Below are positions 33,386-41,795 of a stretch of DNA of 64,000 nt, one piece after another. Origin of the DNA: Opitutales bacterium (GTDB lineage: Bacteria; Verrucomicrobiota; Verrucomicrobiia; Opitutales; Oceanipulchritudinaceae); NCBI GenBank assembly GCA_007133065.1, contig SLNJ01000019.1, positions 67,502 through 131,501 of the forward strand, in the 5' to 3' direction. The position numbers and the translations under genes are program-made. Within the stretch, counting starts at the first letter, position 1, and each line of letters begins with the position of its first letter. The notes beneath the pieces were generated by a model. That model was not told the DNA's origin, made no database searches, and saw nothing but the letters and a program-made list of their open reading frames with translations.

Positions 33386-33417
33386 AGGCGCGCCCCCAAA
33401 AGGGGCGCGCCTTTTTG
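33386..33417. terminator. strong rho-independent terminator after groEL (possibly bidirectional with the convergent CotH gene)
   Basis: GGCGCGCCCC(C), loop AAAA, GGGGCGCGCC, followed by TTTTT. Confidence 0.85.
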
Positions 33418-33554
33418 GTTGTGTTGCGTCGCTCGGGACGACCGTAATCGCGAGAGAGCGCATGGCCCCGACGGTACGGGTCGCAGGCGATGAAATCAGC
33501 GAAGATCAGCGGTGCCGTACTCGATCGGTGGCGCGGAGTTACGAGAACCAGCGA

Positions 33555-36500
33555 TCAGCGTTCGATCCACTCGGACCGGGAGAAGGACCAGAAGTGGCGG
33601 GCGCCGGCGATCGCGGCGGCGAAGTAGAACCAACCCGGATCCCCGAAGCTGAAGAAATATGGGAAGTGTTCGGACGAGGACCAGACCCAGCCGAACGCAG
33701 CGTCCCAGTACCAGAGCTGTTCGGGCGCGGCTTCGGCGAAGTAGATCCAACCGAGTTCCATGTGCCGAACCCACGGATAGTAGGCGAGCTCCACCGTGCC
33801 GAACCACTCCGCGTGGTATCGGTTGTCTTCGGTTCGAGAGAAGTCGTCCCAGGCCGATCCCGGCGGCCACGGGTTGAGCTCGGTCGCCGTGGCGGTGATA
33901 TTGTCAAGGCGCAGCTTCGCGCGGGGCCCCGAGGTTCCGGTCGGCTCGTAGTGGTACCGCCACGCCACCTGAACGTACGGGCGCCCGAGCATTTCTTCCG
34001 GGAGTGGAATTCCGCTGATGTGTTGCGCGTCTCCGGCGATTGCGGAGCGGGTGTACAGAATGGGATCGCCCTCGGGATCGGTGAAATCGAAAAAGGGTCC
34101 GGTGCTTTCGAGGCGGTATTGCAGGCGTAGGTGGTAGACGCGGTTGTTGGGAAGAACGGTGCCGCCGGTCCATTCGAGCTCGGCCGCGCGCACCCCGCGT
34201 GTATCGAGAGCGAGGATTGCGGCCCCGACATACGCGGCGCCGGGAGCATCCTGGGCGTTGGTGGTATTGATAAATCCGAGACCATCGGAGTCGAGCCCCA
34301 CGATCCGGCTCCGGCTTTCAAGGTTGTACGGAAGCGCCCAGGCGCCGGCGAGCGCGGCGGTCGGCCCCGGATCCGGACCGGCGAGCTGAAGCAAGCGCAT
34401 GTGCGGAGGGTACGTTCCGGGATCGGCGTCCGCGGGCCACACGGCGAAGGTGTACGGCGCGTCGGCGAGCCGGTGGGGTGCGGGTTCGAAGGCTGTGGGA
34501 TCCGGGTCGAAGCGCGCGGACAGCACAGGGACCGCCGCCGGGTCGATTGCAATCACCGGGTCGTTGTGATCCGGGAATTCTTTCCACTCGGCAAATCGGA
34601 ATCCGGGGTTCGGCCGGGCCTCGACGGTTACGGGAACCCCGTGAAAATACGATCCGGACCACGGGTATGGTGAGGCCGGATCGGCCAGTCCGAAGGAATC
34701 GCCGTTGATTTCCACGGAGTTGATTCGGAGTGTTCCGCCTTCCGGGTCGCTTACGTCGAACGTGATGTCGGAGCGTCCGGCGAGATCGAAGAAGGCTTCA
34801 ATATGGTCGAAGAGGTGGCCGGGGCGCTGCTCGGCGAAGGCGCGCATCGATATTCGCGAGGCAGCGGGTCCCCTGGTGGTGCTTTCGGGATCGGGGAAAA
34901 TGGACGGCCAGCGCTCGATGTGTTCGTCCACCTCGGGTGCGATCCGTTCCTGGAACTCCTCGAGAAGGGCGGTGGCCCGGCGGGAATGGAATGCGGTGTT
35001 CAACTGGTCGGCGAACCGCGAGATGAAATCGTGGCGAAAGGTGTCGTTGCGCAGGAGGCGGCGGAAGGGCATCGTCGCCCAGGGAGGGTTCGGCCAGTCT
35101 TGATTGGCGTCTGCATAGCCCGATGTCGGACCGTCCGGTTTCGCCGCGAAGCTGAGGGTGTCGAAGTCGGGTTCGTGGAACTGGCGCCATCCGGTATGGA
35201 GGTGCAGGCTGTACCCGAAATCCGTGTCGACGAGCAGCCATCGGAAGCGCCCGTCGAAGGGCGGCCGGATATCGGGGTCGAAGGGCGTGCGCACCCGCCA
35301 GTAATCCATGTTGTTGCTCGGCCAGTCGGTGTTGTTGAGGTAGATGTTGGCGATGTGGAGGTCGATGAAGTTCCCGAGGTCCATCATCGTTCGAATTGTT
35401 TCATACACCTCCGGATCCGCGGGGTCTTCCTCCTCCAGTGTTGCGAGGAGAGCGTCGTAGTGCGCCCGGTTTCCCTCCTTGATGATCCGTTGCACGTTGA
35501 TCTGATGGGCGAGGAGATCGATGTTGTCGGGGTCGATCTCGTGGACGCGTTCGAGGTAGTGCCGGTCGTACCGCTCCCGGATGTTCTGGATCCCCCAGTA
35601 TTCCCCGTTGATAAAGACGATGGACGGTCGATATGCCTGGGTGTCGAAGCGCAGGTGCCCGACCAGCGTCTGATGGAAGGCGTCGCGAAAGTGGGCGTGC
35701 CTGTAGTCCTGTCCACTGTTGCGCAGAATCAGGCGATTGTAGCTCTCGTACGGCTGATCCGGGAAGATGCGGTAGTTAAAGCGCGAGGGACCGTAATCCC
35801 GGCGCGCGTAGAGGCGGAGTGATTTCAGCGGGTATTTGCGGCTGGCGTTTCCGTGGATCCGCGCTCCGGCACCCTGGCTGAGCACGCGCCGGCCGTCGGT
35901 CTCAAACATCTCCAGGTGAATCGGGCGTTCCCAGTTGCGCCCGCGCCTGCGCCAGTTCGGGGTGCTTCCGTCGCCGTGCACGTAGATGCCGGAATCGCTG
36001 GAAAAGAAGTGCGCCGCATCCGTGGAAATCGATAGGACCGGAAAGGAGTAGCGATCGTGGCGTTCCGGGCCGATCAGGTAGGTGCCTGTGGCGGTTGCGC
36101 TCGGCAGTGCCTCCTCGCCGAACGCACGCACGCGAACAACAGTGGCTTTCTGAACGGGGTCTTCGGGAGTACGCCAGTCCCCGTTCGGCGCGATCGTGCG
36201 AATCGGGGTCAGTTCATCCGGCTCGAAACTGCGATCGTAGACCACGATGGGCGACTCCGGGTCGAACCGCGGCGAGGTCTCGGTTGGTTTTGACCCGTCC
36301 AGGGTATATCGCAGGGTAACCGCGCTGTCCGTGGTATGAAGGTGCAGTTCGATCGGCTGACCGTAGTACCCCGGCGCGTGCGAGAAGAGCGGGGCGCTGA
36401 GCAGTCGCTCGTACCCGGTGTCGGAGTTGGGTTGCAGGGGCGTGGGTTCGTCGAAGTACCGCCAGGAGTCCGTACCGTCCGGTGCCCTGCCAAAACTGAT

Positions 36501-36959
36501 ATCGCGAGGGATGCGGGTGGGGGGCAGGGAATCCGCCTCGGAATCGTCGGGACGGGTCAGGAGGATTTCCTCTCCGGTCCACGCGATGCTGAAATTCGTG
36601 TGCAGCGATGCTTCGGGGTCGGACCGGTCCTTGCCGGAGGCCCATACGAGCAGGTGCTCTCCCGGCGGGATGACGATGTCGGGAAAGACCCACCGGAACG
36701 GCCGGTCCCGGTCATCCGAAAGCCCCCAGCCGGCGAGCGAGATGGCATCCGCACCGGCATTGTACAGTTCGATCCAGTCCTCGTAGTCGCCGTCGTCATC
36801 CGCGATGGTCCGGCCGTTCGAAGCCATTGTCTCGTTGAGCAAGACCGTCGCGTAACCGGAAAACGGGTAAATCAGGCACGCGAAGAGAGCAATGGTACGA
36901 AGCGGGGCGGGGATGCAACAGAAGCGCAGCCTGCAGGCTTTGGGGATGCCGGGAAGCAT
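33555..36959 (-). CDS. large secreted CotH-kinase-family protein with N-terminal lamin-tail (LTD) domain and aromatic-repeat C-terminal tail
   Basis: Start taken at internal ATG 36959 (signal-like MLPGIPKACRLRFCCIPAPLRTIALFACLIYPFSG). LTD region: DYEDWIELYNAGADAISLAGWGLSDD...FPDIVIPPGEHLLVWASGKD. CotH region: LRNSGQDYRHAHFRDAFHQTLV...VFINGEYWGIQNIRERYD. Confidence 0.8.
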   Translation of the reverse strand: MLPGIPKACRLRFCCIPAPLRTIALFACLIYPFSGYATVLLNETMASNGRTIADDDGDYEDWIELYNAGADAISLAGWGLSDDRDRPFRWVFPDIVIPPGEHLLVWASGKDRSDPEASLHTNFSIAWTGEEILLTRPDDSEADSLPPTRIPRDISFGRAPDGTDSWRYFDEPTPLQPNSDTGYERLLSAPLFSHAPGYYGQPIELHLHTTDSAVTLRYTLDGSKPTETSPRFDPESPIVVYDRSFEPDELTPIRTIAPNGDWRTPEDPVQKATVVRVRAFGEEALPSATATGTYLIGPERHDRYSFPVLSISTDAAHFFSSDSGIYVHGDGSTPNWRRRGRNWERPIHLEMFETDGRRVLSQGAGARIHGNASRKYPLKSLRLYARRDYGPSRFNYRIFPDQPYESYNRLILRNSGQDYRHAHFRDAFHQTLVGHLRFDTQAYRPSIVFINGEYWGIQNIRERYDRHYLERVHEIDPDNIDLLAHQINVQRIIKEGNRAHYDALLATLEEEDPADPEVYETIRTMMDLGNFIDLHIANIYLNNTDWPSNNMDYWRVRTPFDPDIRPPFDGRFRWLLVDTDFGYSLHLHTGWRQFHEPDFDTLSFAAKPDGPTSGYADANQDWPNPPWATMPFRRLLRNDTFRHDFISRFADQLNTAFHSRRATALLEEFQERIAPEVDEHIERWPSIFPDPESTTRGPAASRISMRAFAEQRPGHLFDHIEAFFDLAGRSDITFDVSDPEGGTLRINSVEINGDSFGLADPASPYPWSGSYFHGVPVTVEARPNPGFRFAEWKEFPDHNDPVIAIDPAAVPVLSARFDPDPTAFEPAPHRLADAPYTFAVWPADADPGTYPPHMRLLQLAGPDPGPTAALAGAWALPYNLESRSRIVGLDSDGLGFINTTNAQDAPGAAYVGAAILALDTRGVRAAELEWTGGTVLPNNRVYHLRLQYRLESTGPFFDFTDPEGDPILYTRSAIAGDAQHISGIPLPEEMLGRPYVQVAWRYHYEPTGTSGPRAKLRLDNITATATELNPWPPGSAWDDFSRTEDNRYHAEWFGTVELAYYPWVRHMELGWIYFAEAAPEQLWYWDAAFGWVWSSSEHFPYFFSFGDPGWFYFAAAIAGARHFWSFSRSEWIER

Positions 36960-37189
36960 GGTCGAATCGGGAATACGAGCTAAAAAAGGGATTCCATTAT
37001 GAAACGATACGCTTTGGATGGCAAGCGCGGTACGGGACCGGAAAAATGTGCTCGTCATCGCCAACGGGGATCTTAGCTTGCAGATTTCACAGATCCGGAT
37101 CGCTCCGGCGAGCGACCCGAAGCCGGCGTCTCATCGTGGAACAGGAAATCCCCAGCACCCGCCTGAGTGGCAGAACATCATGGTCTCCG

Positions 37190-37984
37190 ATGACCCTGGT
37201 CCGGAATCGGCACCTCTTGTGGCAGTTTATCCTGCGCAATATCGAGGTACGGACGAAGGGCAGTTACCTCGGGACCCTCTGGCTCGTGCTCAATCCATTG
37301 ATGATGATGGGACTGTACACGCTGGTGTTCGGGGTTATCGTGGGGAGTCGATTCGGGGTTATGGAGGACGAGACCGGGCTCGATTTCGCCCTCGGAGTCT
37401 TTCTCGGGATCACCATTTTCAACCTTGTCTCGGAAATATTCGGAGCCTCGCCGACGATTATCGTGCAGAATGCCAACCTCGTAAAGCGCGTGGTGTTTCC
37501 GCTGGAAGTGTTACCGGTGGCGGCCGTCGGCTCGGCGTTCTATCACTTTCTGATCACGCTGGCGCTCAGTCTGGGCGGCATCCTGGCATTCGGGCCGCCG
37601 CTGACGGCGGCGGTGTTGTGGTTTCCCGTAATCATCCTGCCGATATTCCTGATCGTGCTCGGTATGGGCTGGCTGTTCTCTGCTTTGGGGGTCTATTTCA
37701 GGGATTTGCAGCACCTCACGAGCTTTTTCTCGCTCGCTTTCTTCTATGCAAGCGGAATTTTCTTCTCCGCCCAGACGGTCAAGGAGCGCGCACCCGAGGC
37801 GTGGGTTTTTCTGAAGTGGAATCCGTTCCTGCACGCCATTGAGTTGACCCGTGATATTCTTTTGTGGGACGTGCCGGTAAGCTGGCAGCCGCTTTTGTAT
37901 CTGTACGTCGTCGGCCTGGTGTCATGCGCGACGGGGTACGCGGTCTTCGTATGGCTGCGCCCGCAGTTCGCTGATGTAATTTGA
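37190..37984 (+). CDS. ABC-2 type polysaccharide/teichoic-acid export permease (Wzm/TagG/KpsM-like)
   Basis: Internal ATG 37190. LWQFILRNIEVRTKGSYLGTLWLVLNPLMMMGLYTLVFG. About 6 TM helices. No ATPase partner next to it. Confidence 0.8.
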   Translation: MTLVRNRHLLWQFILRNIEVRTKGSYLGTLWLVLNPLMMMGLYTLVFGVIVGSRFGVMEDETGLDFALGVFLGITIFNLVSEIFGASPTIIVQNANLVKRVVFPLEVLPVAAVGSAFYHFLITLALSLGGILAFGPPLTAAVLWFPVIILPIFLIVLGMGWLFSALGVYFRDLQHLTSFFSLAFFYASGIFFSAQTVKERAPEAWVFLKWNPFLHAIELTRDILLWDVPVSWQPLLYLYVVGLVSCATGYAVFVWLRPQFADVI

Positions 37985-38085
37985 GCGCCGTCGGGCGGCT
38001 CATTGAGGAACCGGCATCCTCGTGCGGGGGGCGCAACCCCTTCGGCTGCCTGAGACCGGGCTACCGCGTTCATGCCCCGGTGTTC

Positions 38086-39303
38086 CTATTGTATAAACCG
38101 GCTCTCGGCGGCGATTCGTTCCCAGAGGCGCGTGACGTTGCGGTGCAAATCGAACTCCCGTTCGACCCATGCGCGGGCGGTTTGTTGGATCTTCCTATAG
38201 TGGTGGTCGTCCTCCTGAATTCGGCGCAGCGTTTTGACCCATGCGCAGGGCTCACTCGCGGAGAGCAGGCACCCGGATTCTTCGTGCTGCACCGCTTCCG
38301 GGATGCCGCCGACGGGAGTGCTGAGCACGGGAACGCCATGACCCATCGCCTCGGCAATCACGTTGGGCAAACCGTCGCGATCTCCTTTTGCGGCGATCAT
38401 TCCGGTAAAAATGAATACATCCGCCCAACGATAGGCCTCCTCGACCTCCGAATACGGGCGGGCGCCTTCGAGGGTAACGGTATCCGCGAGATCGAGACGT
38501 ACGATTTCGCGTTCGAGTGTGCTGCGCATCGGACCGTCTCCGAGAATACGGACCGCGATCTCGATTCCTGCATCCCGTACGGCGGCGTGTATCCTGAGTT
38601 GGTTGAGAAACCCCTTCTTCTCGACGAGTCTACCGACGCTGAGCAGGCGGAGGGGGCGACGCCGGCCCCGCGGATCGGAAAGCGCCGGCAACTGAGGGAG
38701 TCCCCGCCGGATCCGGTGCACGCGCTCGGGCGGCGCGCCGAGTGCCTGGAGGCGGCGCACGCCGGCTTCGGTCGAGGTGCGAACGAACCGGCAGTGCCGA
38801 AGCTTCTCCCGCATCAACCAATCCCCGCCGTCATCGAACAGGTCGTAGGCGTGAGCGGCCATACTCCACGGGATGTCGAGGGCGTCGCCGAGGAGCCATG
38901 CCACGGTAGCGGGCATCGATCCCCATACGGCGTGCAGGTGGGCGGGCGGGGCGCGACGGAGCCGCGGCAGCTGGTTCGCAGCGGCGCAGACTGCCCACAG
39001 ATTCTCACCCAGGTTCACCGGGTTGGGCGGCGACTCCTCCCAGAGTGCTTCGCTCCATCGGCGGAGGGGTCCTGGCTGGCGCGCCAGCCAGGGCCAGAGG
39101 GCTGGGAACCCGCGGGCGAAGGTCATCATCCGGCCCGGCGCGTGGACGGGATATCCTTCGAACTGCGTGGCGCCCCCCCAGAGGGAAATCAGCTCGATTG
39201 GCCGATTCTGGGCGAGCAACGCACGCACCTCGCGCTGAAGAAACGTCTCCGTGGCGACCGGAAACCGCGTGAACAGGAAAATGGTGCGACGTGAATCCGT
39301 CAT
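38086..39303 (-). CDS. family 4 (GT-B) glycosyltransferase, WcaL-like
   Basis: Internal ATG 39303 (MTDSRRTIFLFTRFPVATETFLQREV...). C-terminal DGLPNVIAEAMGHGVPVLSTPVGGIPEAV. 4-nt overlap with the upstream gene. Confidence 0.8.
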   Translation of the reverse strand: MTDSRRTIFLFTRFPVATETFLQREVRALLAQNRPIELISLWGGATQFEGYPVHAPGRMMTFARGFPALWPWLARQPGPLRRWSEALWEESPPNPVNLGENLWAVCAAANQLPRLRRAPPAHLHAVWGSMPATVAWLLGDALDIPWSMAAHAYDLFDDGGDWLMREKLRHCRFVRTSTEAGVRRLQALGAPPERVHRIRRGLPQLPALSDPRGRRRPLRLLSVGRLVEKKGFLNQLRIHAAVRDAGIEIAVRILGDGPMRSTLEREIVRLDLADTVTLEGARPYSEVEEAYRWADVFIFTGMIAAKGDRDGLPNVIAEAMGHGVPVLSTPVGGIPEAVQHEESGCLLSASEPCAWVKTLRRIQEDDHHYRKIQQTARAWVEREFDLHRNVTRLWERIAAESRFIQ

Positions 39304-40472
39304 GAATGGGCCAGCTCCTCGCCTCGGGTGACCAGAGCGCGGACGAATTCCTCGGGATGATCGGAGGCGCGCGTTGCGGCGATTCCCTCGCGCAGTTGCC
39401 GCATGCGATCGGGCGAGTCGAGCAGGCCGGCGACCGCCCGGGCGAGCTCTCGATCGCTGGAAAACGAGAGGGCTGCTCCTTTCGAACTGAGGTAGCGAAC
39501 GGTGAGGCGTTCCTGCGGCATGATCGATCGGACGAAGAAGAGGATGGGGCAACCCGTGAACACGGCCTCGGCCGCCAGGTTGGCACCGCCGCGTGCCACG
39601 ACGAGGTCGGCGGCCTGCAGGAGTTGCGGGACGCGACGGCTATGTCCCTTGACCGAGGTTCGAAGCGCTCCGCTTCTGTTTTCGGACCACGCCGCAACCC
39701 GCGACAGGAGCCGCTGGTTGTGTCCGCAGATGACGATCACCTGGATCCGGTCGGCGAAGGGGCGCAGGGTCTCGAGGTGGGCGATGTGGCGGTTTGCGCC
39801 GACGGCGCCTGTAGCGAGCAGGATTGTGAAACGATCGGGAAGGAGGCCGAGTTCGTCCCTCAGGAAGCGGCTCCGGGCGTCGCTGTCCATTGGGGGTGCC
39901 AGTGCGTGAGGAGCCAGGAAGTTCTGGAAGCGGCGGGCTTTGGCAGCGGGAAGCCCCAAGGCGAGCGCATGGCGCTCCGCTTCCGCAGTCCGCGAGTAGA
40001 AGAGGTCGACGTGAGGGGAGATCCAGATCCGGCTGTACCCGAAGCCGCCGCTGAACTCGCCGCAATAGGTCGCGCAGCAGACGCGGTCGCCGAACATCCG
40101 TCGAGCCACGTCGAAGTAACCCCGGTTTGTGCTGTCGTGGACGCTGAGGATCACGTGTGGCTGCCAGCGCTGCAGCAGTGCGGTGAAATAGCCTCCGCCC
40201 CATCCAAGACCGCGTCCCTGCATCATCCCGAAGAGTTCGGCGATATACCAATAGATATTGTGCAGCGCAGGGGCGTGTCGCTGGATCGTGTTGTAGGTCC
40301 ACACGCCAAAGCGGGTCAACCGGGAGGAGTTTTCCAGAATGTGTTCGACGTGTACCGTCACCCGATCGCCGTAGAGGCGGCGCACCCATTCCTGGAAGGC
40401 ATACGCCCTTTGATCGTGTCCTCCCCCTGTGCTCGAGGTCAGGATTAGAATACAGGGATCGGTCGGGGGCAT
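39300..40472 (-). CDS. MGDG-synthase-like / GT28-family diacylglycerol glycosyltransferase (UgtP-like)
   Basis: 390 aa. ILILTSSTGGGHDQRAYAFQEW is an N-terminal MGDG_synth-type motif. The C-terminal half is GT28-like (VVARGGANLAAEAVFTGCPILF). Confidence 0.75.
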   Translation of the reverse strand: MPPTDPCILILTSSTGGGHDQRAYAFQEWVRRLYGDRVTVHVEHILENSSRLTRFGVWTYNTIQRHAPALHNIYWYIAELFGMMQGRGLGWGGGYFTALLQRWQPHVILSVHDSTNRGYFDVARRMFGDRVCCATYCGEFSGGFGYSRIWISPHVDLFYSRTAEAERHALALGLPAAKARRFQNFLAPHALAPPMDSDARSRFLRDELGLLPDRFTILLATGAVGANRHIAHLETLRPFADRIQVIVICGHNQRLLSRVAAWSENRSGALRTSVKGHSRRVPQLLQAADLVVARGGANLAAEAVFTGCPILFFVRSIMPQERLTVRYLSSKGAALSFSSDRELARAVAGLLDSPDRMRQLREGIAATRASDHPEEFVRALVTRGEELAHS

Positions 40473-40496
40473 GAGGCATGGGTGCGGCAGTGAGAA

Positions 40497-41765
40497 TCAA
40501 CCGGGCTGTTGGAAGACCAGCACCACGTTGGCGCCACCGAAGCCGCTGCTGTTGCTCATCATAGTCTCCACCCTGCGCGACACGCTCTCATGAACGATGT
40601 CGACGCCTTCCGCCTCGAAATCGAGATGAGAAATATGCGCGGATCCCGGGAGGAATCCGTGCCGCATGGCAAGGTTGCAGAAGGCCGATTCCATGATGCT
40701 GGAGAGGGAGAGGGCGTGACCGGTCAACGCCTTCGTGCTGCTCACCGCCGGGGTTTGATGCGCGCCGAACACCCGTTTGATGGCACGCAACTCCGAGATA
40801 TCACCCACGGGAGTTGAGGTTGCGTGGGCGTTAATGTAGCCGACGGCCCCCGGTTCTATGGCCGTCGCGTCCAACGCGTTCTGCATTGCGCGAGCGAGTC
40901 CGTCGCCGTCCGGATGCGAGGCGGCGACGTGGAAGCCGTCGCTCGCCTGGCCCCATCCCGAGAACCGGGTGTAGGGCGTCGTTCCGCGTGCCTCCGCGAT
41001 CTCCTCGGCCTCGAGGATCATCGCCACGGCCCCCCCGGTCCCCACAAATCCATCCCGGTCGCGATCGAAGGGGCGCGAGGCGGTGTCGGGGTCATCGGAA
41101 GGCGAGAGCACCCGCATGCTCACGAACGGCAGAATCGTCTCGACGCTGAAATCCTCCGCTCCGACGACCAGGATGCGATCCTGACGGCCCAGGGCAATCT
41201 CGTCACGTGCGGCTCCCAGGGCGTGGCCGCTGGACGCGCAGGCCGATACGAATCCGCTGGTCGATCCCTTGATCTTGTACGCCGCGGCAAGATTGAACGT
41301 CAACGTCCCTGCGATCGAGGCGACGATTCCGAGCGGCGAGCAGCGCTGGGGCCCGAACCGGATCATCCGGTCGAGATTGTAGTACATTCGCGACGGAGAC
41401 CCGGCGGATGCGGTGTAGAGTCCCGTCCGGGGATCGTTCACCTGATCGCGCGCCAACCCTGCATCCTCGAGGGCCTGGCTGAGTGCGTAGAACCCGTAGA
41501 CCCCGTGCGGCGGAAGCCCCCTCAGGACATCGAGCCGCAGTTTCAGGCCTTCCGGGTAGACCCAGTCCTCGGGGTCCTCGGCTGTGGTGTCGAATCCCGG
41601 AATCGGTGCTCCAACCCGGACGCCGCATTCGCGTTTCAAAAACGGTTCGTACCGTTGGATGCCGTGTCGGGATTCCTTGAGCCTGGAGACGACTTCCGAT
41701 TGATTCAGCCCAAGGCAGGATGCGAATCCCAGACCGGTTACGACGACGTTTCGCATAGAAGCCAA
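40497..41765 (-). CDS. beta-ketoacyl-ACP synthase (KAS I/II, FabB/FabF-like)
   Basis: 422 aa. RNVVVTGLG, active-site Cys (SACASSGHALG), His-His (INAHATSTPVGD; TKALTGHALS), GFGGANVVL. Confidence 0.9.
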   Translation of the reverse strand: MASMRNVVVTGLGFASCLGLNQSEVVSRLKESRHGIQRYEPFLKRECGVRVGAPIPGFDTTAEDPEDWVYPEGLKLRLDVLRGLPPHGVYGFYALSQALEDAGLARDQVNDPRTGLYTASAGSPSRMYYNLDRMIRFGPQRCSPLGIVASIAGTLTFNLAAAYKIKGSTSGFVSACASSGHALGAARDEIALGRQDRILVVGAEDFSVETILPFVSMRVLSPSDDPDTASRPFDRDRDGFVGTGGAVAMILEAEEIAEARGTTPYTRFSGWGQASDGFHVAASHPDGDGLARAMQNALDATAIEPGAVGYINAHATSTPVGDISELRAIKRVFGAHQTPAVSSTKALTGHALSLSSIMESAFCNLAMRHGFLPGSAHISHLDFEAEGVDIVHESVSRRVETMMSNSSGFGGANVVLVFQQPG

Positions 41766-41795
41766 CGCCTGGATGAGCCGGCCGCAACCGCCGGA

